Assembly (NCBI GenBank): GCA_965217995.1
Contig: CBDCKB010000004.1
Coordinates: 1,937,170-2,001,169 of the forward strand
Direction: 5' to 3'
Length of the DNA stretch: 64,000 nucleotides
Source of the DNA: Rhodobacterales bacterium
Lineage (GTDB): Bacteria > Pseudomonadota > Alphaproteobacteria > Rhodobacterales > CAZPXZ01
Shown: positions 43,456-54,000 of the stretch, one piece after another
Layout: each line of letters starts with the position of its first letter
Numbering within the stretch: position 1 is the first letter of the stretch
Notes under the pieces: generated by a model
What the model saw: only the letters and a program-made list of their open reading frames with translations
Told to the model about the DNA's origin: nothing
Database searches by the model: none
Translations under genes and position numbers: made by a program

Positions 43456-43654
43456 CCGGCCCGGTCCTTCCCGTTTCCGGATCTCCGCTTTCTACGACCA
43501 GTCCCACCTGTCCCGCATCCATGGTCTGCTTTCCCGCTTCGGCGAAATTCACCGTGACCCGGTTTCCGTCCACCGACTGCACCTGCCCCCGCCCCCAATC
43601 CGGGCGGCCTGGATGGCGGACGAGCGCACCCGGCACCAGAAGCGGGTTGATCAA
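43445..43654 (-). CDS. DUF3553 family small protein
   Basis: PGALVRHPGRPDWGRGQVQS...VTVNFAEAGK. Confidence 0.8.
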   Translation of the reverse strand: MINPLLVPGALVRHPGRPDWGRGQVQSVDGNRVTVNFAEAGKQTMDAGQVGLVVESGDPETGRTGPDAY

Positions 43655-43742
43655 GATGTCACATGCTCCCGGAAATCACCGCACCACCAGGCCCTCTCCG
43701 CCCCGACCGCAGGGTGCCGGACAGCCGCCCCGCCGGCACGGG

Positions 43743-44429
43743 TCATGGACCGCCCCCCTCGGAAAAACCGTCCAGGAATCCATTCACCCAGACCTGCCGC
43801 ATGCGCGCATGCCGGGCCGCCTCCAGGATGCTGGCGAGAGAACGATACGCTACCTGACGATCGTCGTTCATGACCACGTAATCATATTCCCGCCAATGGC
43901 TCAGCTCATGGAGAGCGGTGGCCATGCGGGCCTCCACCGTCTCCCGGGAATCCTCGGCCCGGCCGCGCAGGCGTTCGTGGAGAGTCTTCAGCGAAGGGGG
44001 GAGAATGAACACCGACGTCACATCCGTGCCCAGCCTGTCGCGAAGCTGTCCGGCACCCTGCCAGTCGATATCAAAGACCACATCACAGCCCGTCCCGAGC
44101 TTCTCCTCCACGAAGCTCCGAGGTGTACCGTAGTGACATCCAAACACATAAGCGCTCTCCAGCAAGTCGCCGGCTTTCTCCATCGTGGCAAACCGCTCCC
44201 CGTCCACAAAAAAATAATCGACGCCCTCCCTCTCCGACCGGCGGGGCTCCCGGGTGGTCACCGAGACCGATGCCACGGCACGCGCATCCTGCTCCACCAG
44301 CTGGCGTACCAACGTTGTCTTGCCCGCCCCGGAGGGGGACGAAACCACCAGAGCGACCCCCCGCCGCTGCGCCAGGCTTTTCTCCCGCATCAATACGGCC
44401 GGGGATTCAGGCGGCACTGATGCCGCCAT
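43743..44429 (-). CDS. gmk: Guanylate kinase
   Basis: SSPSGAGKTT, SVTTR, EGVDYFF, YGTP and DIDWQG; start could be 44390. Confidence 0.96.
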   Translation of the reverse strand: MAASVPPESPAVLMREKSLAQRRGVALVVSSPSGAGKTTLVRQLVEQDARAVASVSVTTREPRRSEREGVDYFFVDGERFATMEKAGDLLESAYVFGCHYGTPRSFVEEKLGTGCDVVFDIDWQGAGQLRDRLGTDVTSVFILPPSLKTLHERLRGRAEDSRETVEARMATALHELSHWREYDYVVMNDDRQVAYRSLASILEAARHARMRQVWVNGFLDGFSEGGGP

Positions 44430-45195
44430 TCACGGACACAGCCTGCCCGGTGATCCGCGCCGCCTCCGGTCCGGCCAGGAACACGATCAGCTCGGCCACA
44501 TCCCGCGCTGTCGTCGGCCCCAGTCCGGCCAGCGGCCGCGCCTTGGCAAACAGCCGGCTCGAAAAAGTGCCCTCCGCCATCAGGCGCTCGGTCAGCGGCG
44601 TGCCCTCGACCAGGGACGGAGTGACGCAATTGGCCCGAATGCCATCGCGCTTTCCCTCAATCGCGAGGCCGCGCGTGTATTGCATGATGGCCGCCATGTT
44701 GGCCCCCACCACCGCCTCCCCCGGTGTGGCAATCTTGCCCGCATCGGATGCCACGGTCACGATGGCACCGCCGCCCGCCGCCCGCAGGTCCGGCAGAACC
44801 GCACGGCAGGCCAGCAGATTGGGAAGAAGGTCATCCACCACCATCTCCCGGACCTCCGCGACCGATATCCGGAAAAGGATTTCCGGCAGATGGCTCCCGC
44901 CCGCGCTGGTCACCAGCAGGTTGACGCCATCCATCTCCTCGCGAACGGTGGCGGCCATCGCCTCCGCCTGTTCCGGGACGGCGCAATCCGCGGCGAGAAA
45001 CCCGACATCCGCGCCTCCGGCCTCTTCCCGCAGCCGGGCGCAGGCAGCCTCCCCCCGCCCGGCATCCCGGCCGACAATCCGCAGCGCCGGAACCCCCCGC
45101 CCCAGCAGGAGCCGGGCTGTCTCGAATCCGATCCCGGAAGAGCCGCCGACCAGCACGGCACGCATCTCCGCATAGGGCCGCGCCGGGGCGGTCAT
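44407..45195 (-). CDS. SDR family oxidoreductase
   Basis: GGSSGIG, ASDAGK, IRANCVTP and ITGQAVSVNGG; start ATG 45195 overlaps the rlmE stop. Confidence 0.88.
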   Translation of the reverse strand: MTAPARPYAEMRAVLVGGSSGIGFETARLLLGRGVPALRIVGRDAGRGEAACARLREEAGGADVGFLAADCAVPEQAEAMAATVREEMDGVNLLVTSAGGSHLPEILFRISVAEVREMVVDDLLPNLLACRAVLPDLRAAGGGAIVTVASDAGKIATPGEAVVGANMAAIMQYTRGLAIEGKRDGIRANCVTPSLVEGTPLTERLMAEGTFSSRLFAKARPLAGLGPTTARDVAELIVFLAGPEAARITGQAVSVNGGISAA

Positions 45196-45863
45196 CGCCC
45201 GCCCCGCCAGTCCAGCGCGACAAGATAGATCTCGTCCGATTCCTTGCGGCTCGCCTCGGGTTTGAAATGCCGCACCGTGCGGTAGTGACCCCGCAGGGCA
45301 GAAAGCAGCGTATCCTGCGCACCCGCCGCCAGCACCTTGACGACGAAGGTGCCGCCCGGGGCCAGGATGCTCTCGGCGAATTCCGCCGCCACCTCCGCCA
45401 GCGCGCTCACCCGCAACCGGTCCGTCGGCCGGTGACCGGTGGCGGGTTCCGCCATATCGGCCAGCACGCAACACGCGGCACCGCAGGCCGCCGTCACCGC
45501 CGTCGCGACCCCCTCCTCCCGGATATCCCCTTGCAGCAGCGTGGCGCCGGGAACCGGTTTCACCGGATTGAGATCGACCCCAACCACCGGTGTACAGCGC
45601 CGCGCCAGAGCCACCTGGCACCACCCGCCCGGGGCGCATCCCAGATCAACGACCGCGGCATCCGGCCGCAGCACCCCGAAGCGCCGGTCGATCTCGAGCA
45701 ATTTGTAGGCAGAACGGGAGCGGTAGCCATCCCGACGGGCGCGGGCCACATAAGGGTCGTTGAGCTGCCGCGCCAGCCAGTGCGAGGACGACACCGTGCG
45801 CTTCCGCGCCGTCCGCACGCGCACAGAAAGCGCACGCTCGCCATCCCGAATTCCCTTCGACAT
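45192..45863 (-). CDS. rlmE: 23S rRNA (uridine-2'-O)-methyltransferase
   Basis: WLARQLNDPYV, YRSRSAYKL, DLGCAPGGW and KPEASRKESDE; start at ATG 45863. Confidence 0.95.
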   Translation of the reverse strand: MSKGIRDGERALSVRVRTARKRTVSSSHWLARQLNDPYVARARRDGYRSRSAYKLLEIDRRFGVLRPDAAVVDLGCAPGGWCQVALARRCTPVVGVDLNPVKPVPGATLLQGDIREEGVATAVTAACGAACCVLADMAEPATGHRPTDRLRVSALAEVAAEFAESILAPGGTFVVKVLAAGAQDTLLSALRGHYRTVRHFKPEASRKESDEIYLVALDWRGGR

Positions 45864-46291
45864 GGTGCCCGCCCCTCCGGCATTCCGCATTCCGCGCCGG
45901 TCCGGTCCGGCTGTCCCAGGAAACTATATACCCGCCGCCAGAGGATTGCGCCCGCACCGCCGGGTCCGCGGAAGGTGAATCCCCGCCCTCCCGACCTCGT
46001 GTCGGGATTCGCGAAAGGGCGGTGGCAGCCGAGATGGCTTCGCGGAACCCCGGGCGGCTCACCCCGGCTCACCTTCCCCGCAGTTTTCCCCACGGCCCGG
46101 AATTCCGCATGTGCTTGCGCAGCGGCAGCCGTATCTTGCGCAGCTGCAACCGTATATAGTCCTGTCCTGACACTTGAACCGCCCGGCGGAAAACCGGCCC
46201 GGGTGGTCGCGAACAATTCGGAACGGGTCGTTTCCTGCATTTGCAGCGCGACACGAAGAAGCAGAATCAGCGTCTTGTTTTGGAGATGCCC

Positions 46292-46594
46292 GTGGCGCAA
46301 CTTGTGATCGTCTACTGGCGCGATATTCCCGCGCAGATACTGGTGCACGAAAAACGTAGCCGGACCGAGCGCCGCAAACTGTCCGAGCGATTCGAGCAGG
46401 CGATCGACCGTGCGGCCATGAAAGCCGGCACGGTGGATCACGAAAGCTATCTCGCCGGGTGGCGCCGGGCGGAGCCGGTCGAGGTGCCCGGCGATGCCGT
46501 GACGGCCGCGGACGCCGCCGTGGTGCAGCTCGAAGCCGAATACACACCCGAGCGGCTTCGTGAATTGATCGAAAACACGGAGCGGAGCGACTGA
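46292..46594 (+). CDS. Small 'Virulence_fact' family protein of methyl-transfer clusters
   Basis: IVYWRDIPAQ and RFEQAIDRAAM; GTG start after GGAG. Confidence 0.82.
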   Translation: MAQLVIVYWRDIPAQILVHEKRSRTERRKLSERFEQAIDRAAMKAGTVDHESYLAGWRRAEPVEVPGDAVTAADAAVVQLEAEYTPERLRELIENTERSD

Positions 46595-47554
46595 ATGGGC
46601 TTCGCCCCGGCATTCCCCGATTTCCTGCGACGCCCGAAAAAGCAGCCCGACAGCACCGGCCTGCCGTCGGCCGCCCGGCAGCTGCTCGCAGGCTACTCGA
46701 TCGAGGTCATGCCCAAATCAGCGGCGGCGGTCGAGGATTTCCAGGCCCTGCTCCCGCCCGGCACCCGGGTCTATGTCGCCCATATCGAGGGCACGCCGGT
46801 CGATGACATGGTGGCCACAGCCGCCCGCATCCGGGAGGCGGGGTTTCCCGTGATGCCCCATTTCCCGGCCCGGATCATTCCCTCCGAAGAGGTTCTGGAA
46901 ACCTGGATCCGCCGCTACCGCGAAGAGGCCAATGTCGAAGAGGCCCTGGTGCTCGCGGGGGGCGTCAACCATGCGGCCGGCCGGTTCGACAACTCGATGG
47001 AACTCCTCGAGACGGGCCTGTTCGAGCGATACGGCTACCGCCGGCTGCACGTCGCCGGCCATCCGGAAGGCAATACCGACATCGACCCGAAAGGCTCCAT
47101 CGACCGGCAGGACGCAGCCCTGCGCTGGAAGCAGGACTATGCGGCCGCCACCGATGCCGAAATGGCGGTCGTCACCCAGTTCTGTTTCGAGGCCGAACCC
47201 GTTCTCGCCTGGATGGCGCGGCTGCGGGAGACGGGCATCCAATTGCCGGTCCATGTCGGCATCGCGGGCCCCGCCAAACTCCAGACGCTGCTGCGGTTTG
47301 CCGCCGCCTGCGGGGTGGGGGCCAGCATCCGGGTGCTGCGCCGGCGTGCGGGGGCGGCAGCCAACCTGCTTCGCCCCCACCCGCCGGACGATATCCTTTC
47401 CGCCCTGGCCGGATCCGAATCGATCCCCCGGGCAGCCAATCTGGCCGGCATCCATGTCTTCCCGTTCGGGGGCATCCGCGCAACCGCCGAATGGGCCCGA
47501 AAGGCCGGCGAAGGCGAAGATACCGCCGCACCCTCTCCGAAGGATCCGAAATGA
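46595..47554 (+). CDS. Methylenetetrahydrofolate reductase family protein
   Basis: YSIEVMP, VMPHFPAR, VAGHPEG, VTQFCFE and HVFPFGG. Confidence 0.88.
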   Translation: MGFAPAFPDFLRRPKKQPDSTGLPSAARQLLAGYSIEVMPKSAAAVEDFQALLPPGTRVYVAHIEGTPVDDMVATAARIREAGFPVMPHFPARIIPSEEVLETWIRRYREEANVEEALVLAGGVNHAAGRFDNSMELLETGLFERYGYRRLHVAGHPEGNTDIDPKGSIDRQDAALRWKQDYAAATDAEMAVVTQFCFEAEPVLAWMARLRETGIQLPVHVGIAGPAKLQTLLRFAAACGVGASIRVLRRRAGAAANLLRPHPPDDILSALAGSESIPRAANLAGIHVFPFGGIRATAEWARKAGEGEDTAAPSPKDPK

Positions 47555-48471
47555 GCATCACCACCACCATTGAATCCAAAACCCGCACCGCCGTGATCGG
47601 CTTCGATCACCCGTTCTGCGTCATCGGCGAGCGGATCAATCCCACCGGCCGGAAACTCCTCGCCGAGCAACTGCGGGTCGGGGATTTTTCCACCATCGAG
47701 CGTGACGCTCTCGAGCAGACCGCGGCGGGCACGGATGTGATCGATGTGAATGCCGGGGTGACCGCCGTCGACCCGAACAAGACCGAACCCGCCTTGATGA
47801 TCGAGCTGATCCGCCGGGTGCAGTCGATCGTGAACACCCCGCTCTGCATCGACTCCTCCGTCACCCCCGCCATCATCGCCGGCCTCGAGACCTGCGAGGG
47901 AAGGCCGCTGGTCAACTCCGTCACCGGAGAGGAGGAAAAACTGGAGGCCATCCTGCCGCTGGTCAGCAAATACAAGGTCCCGGTCGTCGGGATCGCCAAT
48001 GACGAACGCGGGATTTCGATCGATCCCGACGTCCGCTTCAACGTCGCGCGCAAGATCGTGGAACGCGCCGCCGACTACGGCATCCCGGCTTCGGATGTCG
48101 TCATCGATCCGCTGGTCATGCCGATCGGGGCCATGGCGACCGCCGCACGGCAGGTGTTCACGCTCTGCCGCCGCCTGCGCGAGGAGCTCCAGGTCAACAC
48201 CATCTGCGGTGCCTCCAATATTTCCTTCGGGCTGCCGAACCGGCATGGCATCAACGCAAGTTTCCTGCCGATGGCGATCGCATCGGGAATGACCTCGGCG
48301 ATCATGAACCCCTGCCGGCCCCAGGAAATGAGCGCGGTGCGCGCGGCCGATGTGCTGGTCGGCAATGACGGCCACTGCGCCAGTTGGATCCGGGCAAACC
48401 GGCCGGCCGGCATGGAACCCGCGGGCAGGACCGTCCGACCCCGGCGGCGGCGACCCGCCAAGGTGGCTTGA
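47551..48471 (+). CDS. Methyltetrahydrofolate:corrinoid methyltransferase (stand-alone pterin-binding domain)
   Basis: VIGERINPTGRK, DVNAG, LCIDSS, VNSVTGEEE and GASNISFGLP. Confidence 0.9.
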   Translation: MSITTTIESKTRTAVIGFDHPFCVIGERINPTGRKLLAEQLRVGDFSTIERDALEQTAAGTDVIDVNAGVTAVDPNKTEPALMIELIRRVQSIVNTPLCIDSSVTPAIIAGLETCEGRPLVNSVTGEEEKLEAILPLVSKYKVPVVGIANDERGISIDPDVRFNVARKIVERAADYGIPASDVVIDPLVMPIGAMATAARQVFTLCRRLREELQVNTICGASNISFGLPNRHGINASFLPMAIASGMTSAIMNPCRPQEMSAVRAADVLVGNDGHCASWIRANRPAGMEPAGRTVRPRRRRPAKVA

Positions 48472-48479
48472 TCCGGCCC

Positions 48480-50510
48480 ATGGATGCGGAGAATCCCCAG
48501 GATCCACTGGTCATCTTCACCCCTTCCGGACGTCGCGGACGCTTTCCGACGGGCACGCCCGTGCTGGAGGCGGCGCGGCGGCTGGGGGTCGATCTGGATT
48601 CGGTCTGCGGCGGCCGCGGGATCTGCGGACGCTGCCAGGTCACGCCCTCACTGGGCGAGTTTCCCAAGCACGGGGTCGTGGTCGGGCCCGATTCGCTTTC
48701 GGAATGGAACGCCGTCGAGGAGCGCTACCGCGACAAGCGCGGCATGGAGAGCGGACACCGCCTCGGCTGCCAGTCCTGCATCCGGTCCGACCTGGTGGTC
48801 GATGTTCCGCCCGAAAGCCAGGTCCACCGGCAGGTGGTGCGGAAATCCGCCGACGCCCGGCCGCTGACCCTCGATGTCGCCACCCGCCTGTACTATGTCG
48901 AGGTCGAGGAAGCCGACATGGCCCAGCCCCGCAGCGACCATGAACGGTTGCAGGAGGCACTCGCCCGGCAGTGGAACCTCGAGAATTCGACCCTCGGCCT
49001 CGAATTGCTGCCCCGCCTGCAGCGCACGCTCCGCAAGGGGGGCTGGACGGTCACCTGCGCCATCCACACGCCCCATGCAGGGGGGCCGAGCCGGATCCTG
49101 GAGATCTGGCCGGGCTACCACGAGCAGCGGCTCTGCGGCCTGGCCATCGATATCGGCTCCACCACCATCGCCTGCCACCTGACGGATCTCGCCACGGGGG
49201 AGGTGCCGGCGGCCGCCGGCACCATGAACCCGCAAATCCGCTTCGGCGAGGACCTGATGTCACGGGTCTCCTACGCCATGCTCAACGAGTCCGGAGCCAC
49301 CGCCATGACCGAAGCCGTGCGCGAGGCCATCGACCGCGCCGCGGAGGAGGTCTGCACCCTGGCGGACGTGACGCGCGAGACCGTCTTCGAGGCGGTGCTG
49401 GTCGGCAACCCGGTCATGCACCATCTCCTGCTTGGCATCGATCCGGTCGAGCTCGGCGGCGCGCCCTTCGCGCTGGCCACCAGCGAGGCAATGGAATTCC
49501 CAACCCGCGAGATCGGCCTCCGGCTGCACCCCGAAGCACGCGCCTATATCCTCCCCTGCATCGCCGGACATGTCGGGGCCGACGCGGCCGCGGTGATTCT
49601 CTCGGAAGCCCCCCACCGCAGCAAGGAACTGATGCTGGTCGTCGATGTCGGCACCAACGCCGAAATCACCCTCGGCAGCCAGGAGCGCGTTCTCTCCTGC
49701 TCCTCGCCGACGGGCCCTGCGTTCGAGGGGGCGCAGATCAGTGCCGGGCAGCGGGCCGCACCCGGCGCGATCGAGCGCGTGCGGATCGATCCCGAAACCC
49801 TCGAGCCGAAATTCCGGGTGATCGGTGCATCCGAATGGTCGGATGAAGAGGGCTTTGCGGAAGCGGTCGGATCCACCGGCGTCACCGGCATCTGCGGCTC
49901 CGGGATCATCGAAGCCGTGGCGGAGATGCGGATCACCGGTATCCTCGACGAGGATGGCCGCATCGACGGGTCCCGGGAGGCGCAGAACCCGCGGGTCTAC
50001 GAAGACGGACGCACGCATTCCTATCTGCTGCACGACAGCGAGCCACGGATCGCCGTGACCCAGAACGATGTGCGCGCCATCCAGCTGGCCAAGGCAGCCC
50101 TCTATGCCGGTGCCCGCCTGCTGATGGACCGGATCGAGGTCGAATCGGTGGACCGGGTCGTGCTCGCCGGCGCCTTCGGCTCACACATTTCCCCCCTGCA
50201 CGCGGCCGTGCTCGGAATGATCCCCGACTGTCCGCTGGACAAGGTCACCTCGGCCGGAAACGCCGCCGGCACCGGTGCCCGCATCGCACTGGTCAACCGC
50301 GAGGCCCGGCGCGAGATCGAGGAGACCGTGCGCAACGTCGAAAAGGTCGAAACCGCCGTCGAACCACGCTTCCAGGAGCATTTTGTGGCCGCCATGGCCA
50401 TCCCGCACAAAACCGACCCCTATTCCCATCTTGCGGCCGCCATCCAGCTGCCGCACGTCGTGGCACCGGCGAAGGACACCGACCGGGCCCGACGCCGGAG
50501 GCGGCGATGA
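48480..50510 (+). CDS. ASKHA-domain reductive activator of corrinoid proteins (RACo / DUF4445) with N-terminal 2Fe-2S domain
   Basis: SVCGGRGICGRC, DIGSTT, FGEDLMSR, DVGTNAE, TGPAFEG, GICGSG and LAGAFG. Confidence 0.9.
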   Translation: MDAENPQDPLVIFTPSGRRGRFPTGTPVLEAARRLGVDLDSVCGGRGICGRCQVTPSLGEFPKHGVVVGPDSLSEWNAVEERYRDKRGMESGHRLGCQSCIRSDLVVDVPPESQVHRQVVRKSADARPLTLDVATRLYYVEVEEADMAQPRSDHERLQEALARQWNLENSTLGLELLPRLQRTLRKGGWTVTCAIHTPHAGGPSRILEIWPGYHEQRLCGLAIDIGSTTIACHLTDLATGEVPAAAGTMNPQIRFGEDLMSRVSYAMLNESGATAMTEAVREAIDRAAEEVCTLADVTRETVFEAVLVGNPVMHHLLLGIDPVELGGAPFALATSEAMEFPTREIGLRLHPEARAYILPCIAGHVGADAAAVILSEAPHRSKELMLVVDVGTNAEITLGSQERVLSCSSPTGPAFEGAQISAGQRAAPGAIERVRIDPETLEPKFRVIGASEWSDEEGFAEAVGSTGVTGICGSGIIEAVAEMRITGILDEDGRIDGSREAQNPRVYEDGRTHSYLLHDSEPRIAVTQNDVRAIQLAKAALYAGARLLMDRIEVESVDRVVLAGAFGSHISPLHAAVLGMIPDCPLDKVTSAGNAAGTGARIALVNREARREIEETVRNVEKVETAVEPRFQEHFVAAMAIPHKTDPYSHLAAAIQLPHVVAPAKDTDRARRRRRR

Positions 50511-50700
50511 CCCCCTGCATCACCACCTGTCGGGCACCCGCGGCACCCGCCACAGGGAAGGTTTTCGCCACCACCTGCCTGCCTTCGATTCCGGCGGAAC
50601 CCCCGAACCTTGCAGGGAATGCCCGGCATCCTGACCGCCTGAGTTTGCGCGATCGCGACAAGCGGCTATGGTGGCGCCCACTCAATTCTCTCTATTCCTG

Positions 50701-51249
50701 ATGCCCCCGGACCTCCCTGTTTCCAGCCGCCACCGCGCCCTTCTAGGGCGGGTGCGCGACCGGCCCATCCGCAGCATCCTGAAATCGATCTCCTGGCGGG
50801 TTCTGGGCAGTATCGACACCATCATCCTGGCCACCCTCCTCACCGGCGGCCTGCTCGGCACGGCGACGAAGATCGGCATAGCGGAGGTCCTCACCAAGAC
50901 CGTGCTCTATTTCCTGCATGAACGGATCTGGTCCTATGCCGATTTCGGACAGCGCGACCACATTTCACCGCGCTACCGGAAAGGACACGCGCTGCACCGC
51001 AAGGCCAGTGAGGGAATCCGGCGCAGTGCCGCCAAGACCGCCAGCTGGCGGATTCTTGCAAGCCTCGACACCACGTTGCTGGCCTGGCTGTTCACCGGCA
51101 GCATCGCGATCGCAGCCGCGATCGGCGGTCTGGAAATCCTGACCAAACTGTTTCTTTATTTCCTGCACGAGCGGCTCTGGGCGCGTCTGCGCATCGGACT
51201 CGCTCCGGAGCGCAGTAGCCGGTTGCCGACTGCCGCGCGCCTCCACTGA
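50701..51249 (+). CDS. Membrane protein with two tandem DUF2061 domains
   Basis: RSILKSISWR...TK..LYFLHERIW occurs twice (second: RSAAKTASWR...YFLHERLW); start 50668 or 50701. Confidence 0.82.
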   Translation: MPPDLPVSSRHRALLGRVRDRPIRSILKSISWRVLGSIDTIILATLLTGGLLGTATKIGIAEVLTKTVLYFLHERIWSYADFGQRDHISPRYRKGHALHRKASEGIRRSAAKTASWRILASLDTTLLAWLFTGSIAIAAAIGGLEILTKLFLYFLHERLWARLRIGLAPERSSRLPTAARLH

Positions 51250-51264
51250 CGGATGCCGGAGGGA

Positions 51265-51340
51265 TGGTGGGCTCGGGAGGACTCGAACCTCCAACCAAAC
51301 CGTTATGAGCGGTTCGCTCTGACCTTTGAGCTACGAGCCC
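51265..51340 (-). tRNA. tRNA with CAT anticodon, most likely tRNA-Ile2 (lysidine)
   Basis: GGGCTCGTAGCTCAAAGGTCAGAGCGAACCGCTCATAACGGTTTGGTTGGAGGTTCGAGTCCTCCCGAGCCCACCA: 76 nt cloverleaf with encoded CCA; paired 1:72, so not the initiator. Confidence 0.93.
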
Positions 51341-51403
51341 GTTACCACCCGAAATACGCGACCGACCCGACCCCCGTCAATTCCTGCCGCCAGCGTCGCT
51401 GAC

Positions 51404-52467
<1,064 letters not shown>

Positions 52468-52468
<1 letters not shown>

Positions 52469-53106
52469 TGGCGGAGCCCCCGCGCAAGCGCGTCGCGGTG
52501 TTGATTTCCGGTCGGGGAAGCAATCTGGAAGCCCTCGCCCGGGCCATGCGCGACGATGACTATCCGGCCCGACTGGAACTGACCCTCTCCAGCAACCCCG
52601 CCGCCACCGGCGTCACCCGGGCCCGGGAGCTCGGACTGCCCACCGAGACGATCGCGGCCGATTCCTTTGGCGGGGACCGCGAGGCGTTCGACGCGGCCAT
52701 CGAGGAGCATCTGGAGCGCAACAGAATCGAACTTGTCTGCCTCGCCGGTTTCATGCACATCCTGGGTTCCGGGACCGTCCGGCGCTGGCACGGCCGGATG
52801 CTCAACATTCACCCGTCGCTCCTGCCTGCCTATCCAGGACTGAACACCCATGCCCGGGTCCTCGCCGACCGGCAGCGATGGAGCGGCTGCACGGTGCATT
52901 TCGTCACCGAGAAACTCGATGCGGGGCCGATCATCGCGCAGAAGACCGTGCCCGTGCACCCGGATGACGGGCCGGAATCCCTGGCCGCGAGAGTGCTCGA
53001 AGCCGAGCACTGTCTCTACCCAAAGGCGCTCGCGATGGTCGCGCGCAAAGAGGCCGTGCTGAAGGACGGAAAGGTGGTGTTCCGCGATCCCGAGCCGGGA
53101 GGCTAG
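52468..53106 (+). CDS. purN: Phosphoribosylglycinamide formyltransferase
   Basis: [19 protein letters not shown] and GCTVHFV...LDAGPII. Confidence 0.97.
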
Positions 53107-53525
53107 CCGACGATCATCCGCTCGGAAAAGAAAAATCCGATTTCGTGGGCAGCGTTCTCCAGGCTGTCGGAACCATGCACCGAATTCTCGCTCAGCGAGA
53201 GAGCAAATTCCTTGCGGATGGTGCCTTCCGCCGCATCGGCCGGATTCGTTGCCCCCATCACCTCACGATGGTGGGCGACCGCATTTTCCCCTTCAAGCAC
53301 CTGGACAACCACCGGCCCCGAACTCATGAAGGAGCACAGCTCTCCATAAAACGGGCGTTCGCGGTGCACTTCGTAGAACGCCTCGGCATCGGTGCGGTTC
53401 ATGCGGATGCGGCATTGGGCGACAATACGCAACCCTGACTCCTCGAAGCGTGCGTTGATCCGGCCGGTGAGATTCCGCGCCGTGGCATCCGGCTTGATGA
53501 TCGAAAGTGTTCGTTCAATGGCCAT
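53103..53525 (-). CDS. ndk: Nucleoside diphosphate kinase
   Basis: [11 protein letters not shown] and NSVHGSDS. Confidence 0.98.
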   Translation of the reverse strand: MAIERTLSIIKPDATARNLTGRINARFEESGLRIVAQCRIRMNRTDAEAFYEVHRERPFYGELCSFMSSGPVVVQVLEGENAVAHHREVMGATNPADAAEGTIRKEFALSLSENSVHGSDSLENAAHEIGFFFSERMIVG

Positions 53526-54000
53526 CCTCTACTCTCCCCTCATCGTTATTTTTGTGAACATTTCGCTGCCATCTGCCGGTACCATCACGCTCCCACAACA
53601 CGGGGTTGAGGTCGGCAGCCGAGCACGCATTCCAGAGTTTTCGGGCAGGCCCTGCCTGTTCCCGGTCAAACACCACCGCAACCGCCGGCAGCGCACCTAT
53701 CTCCTCGACGGAAGCCTCGGCTCCGTCAAATAGCAGAAGCAGATCAGCTTCGTTCGGCATCCCGGCCTCGCAGGTCAGATAAATCGGCTGGCGTTCGGCA
53801 TGCCCGTCCGCTTTCGTTCCGTGCGGCAGAAACGAACCCTCTCCATAGGTCCAGAGCCAATTGTCAAACCGGCGCAGGCTGTCTTCCTCCGACAGCCGCA
53901 CAACCGTCCGGCGGCCCTTCGTCAGCCGTGCCTCGAGAATCTCCCGTGCCGCAGCACCCGCCTGCCGGGGGCCTGTCCGATAGAAGGAGACCTCGGTCAT
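53515..54000 (-). CDS. holC: DNA polymerase III subunit chi
   Basis: [20 protein letters not shown] and RQPIYLT; follows pepA. Confidence 0.92.
   Translation of the reverse strand: MTEVSFYRTGPRQAGAAAREILEARLTKGRRTVVRLSEEDSLRRFDNWLWTYGEGSFLPHGTKADGHAERQPIYLTCEAGMPNEADLLLLFDGAEASVEEIGALPAVAVVFDREQAGPARKLWNACSAADLNPVLWERDGTGRWQRNVHKNNDEGRVEDGH

Noticed and set aside
51250-51340. tRNA as integration site of an island
   Set aside because: No integrase and no clear duplicate of this tRNA's 3' end seen in the window.
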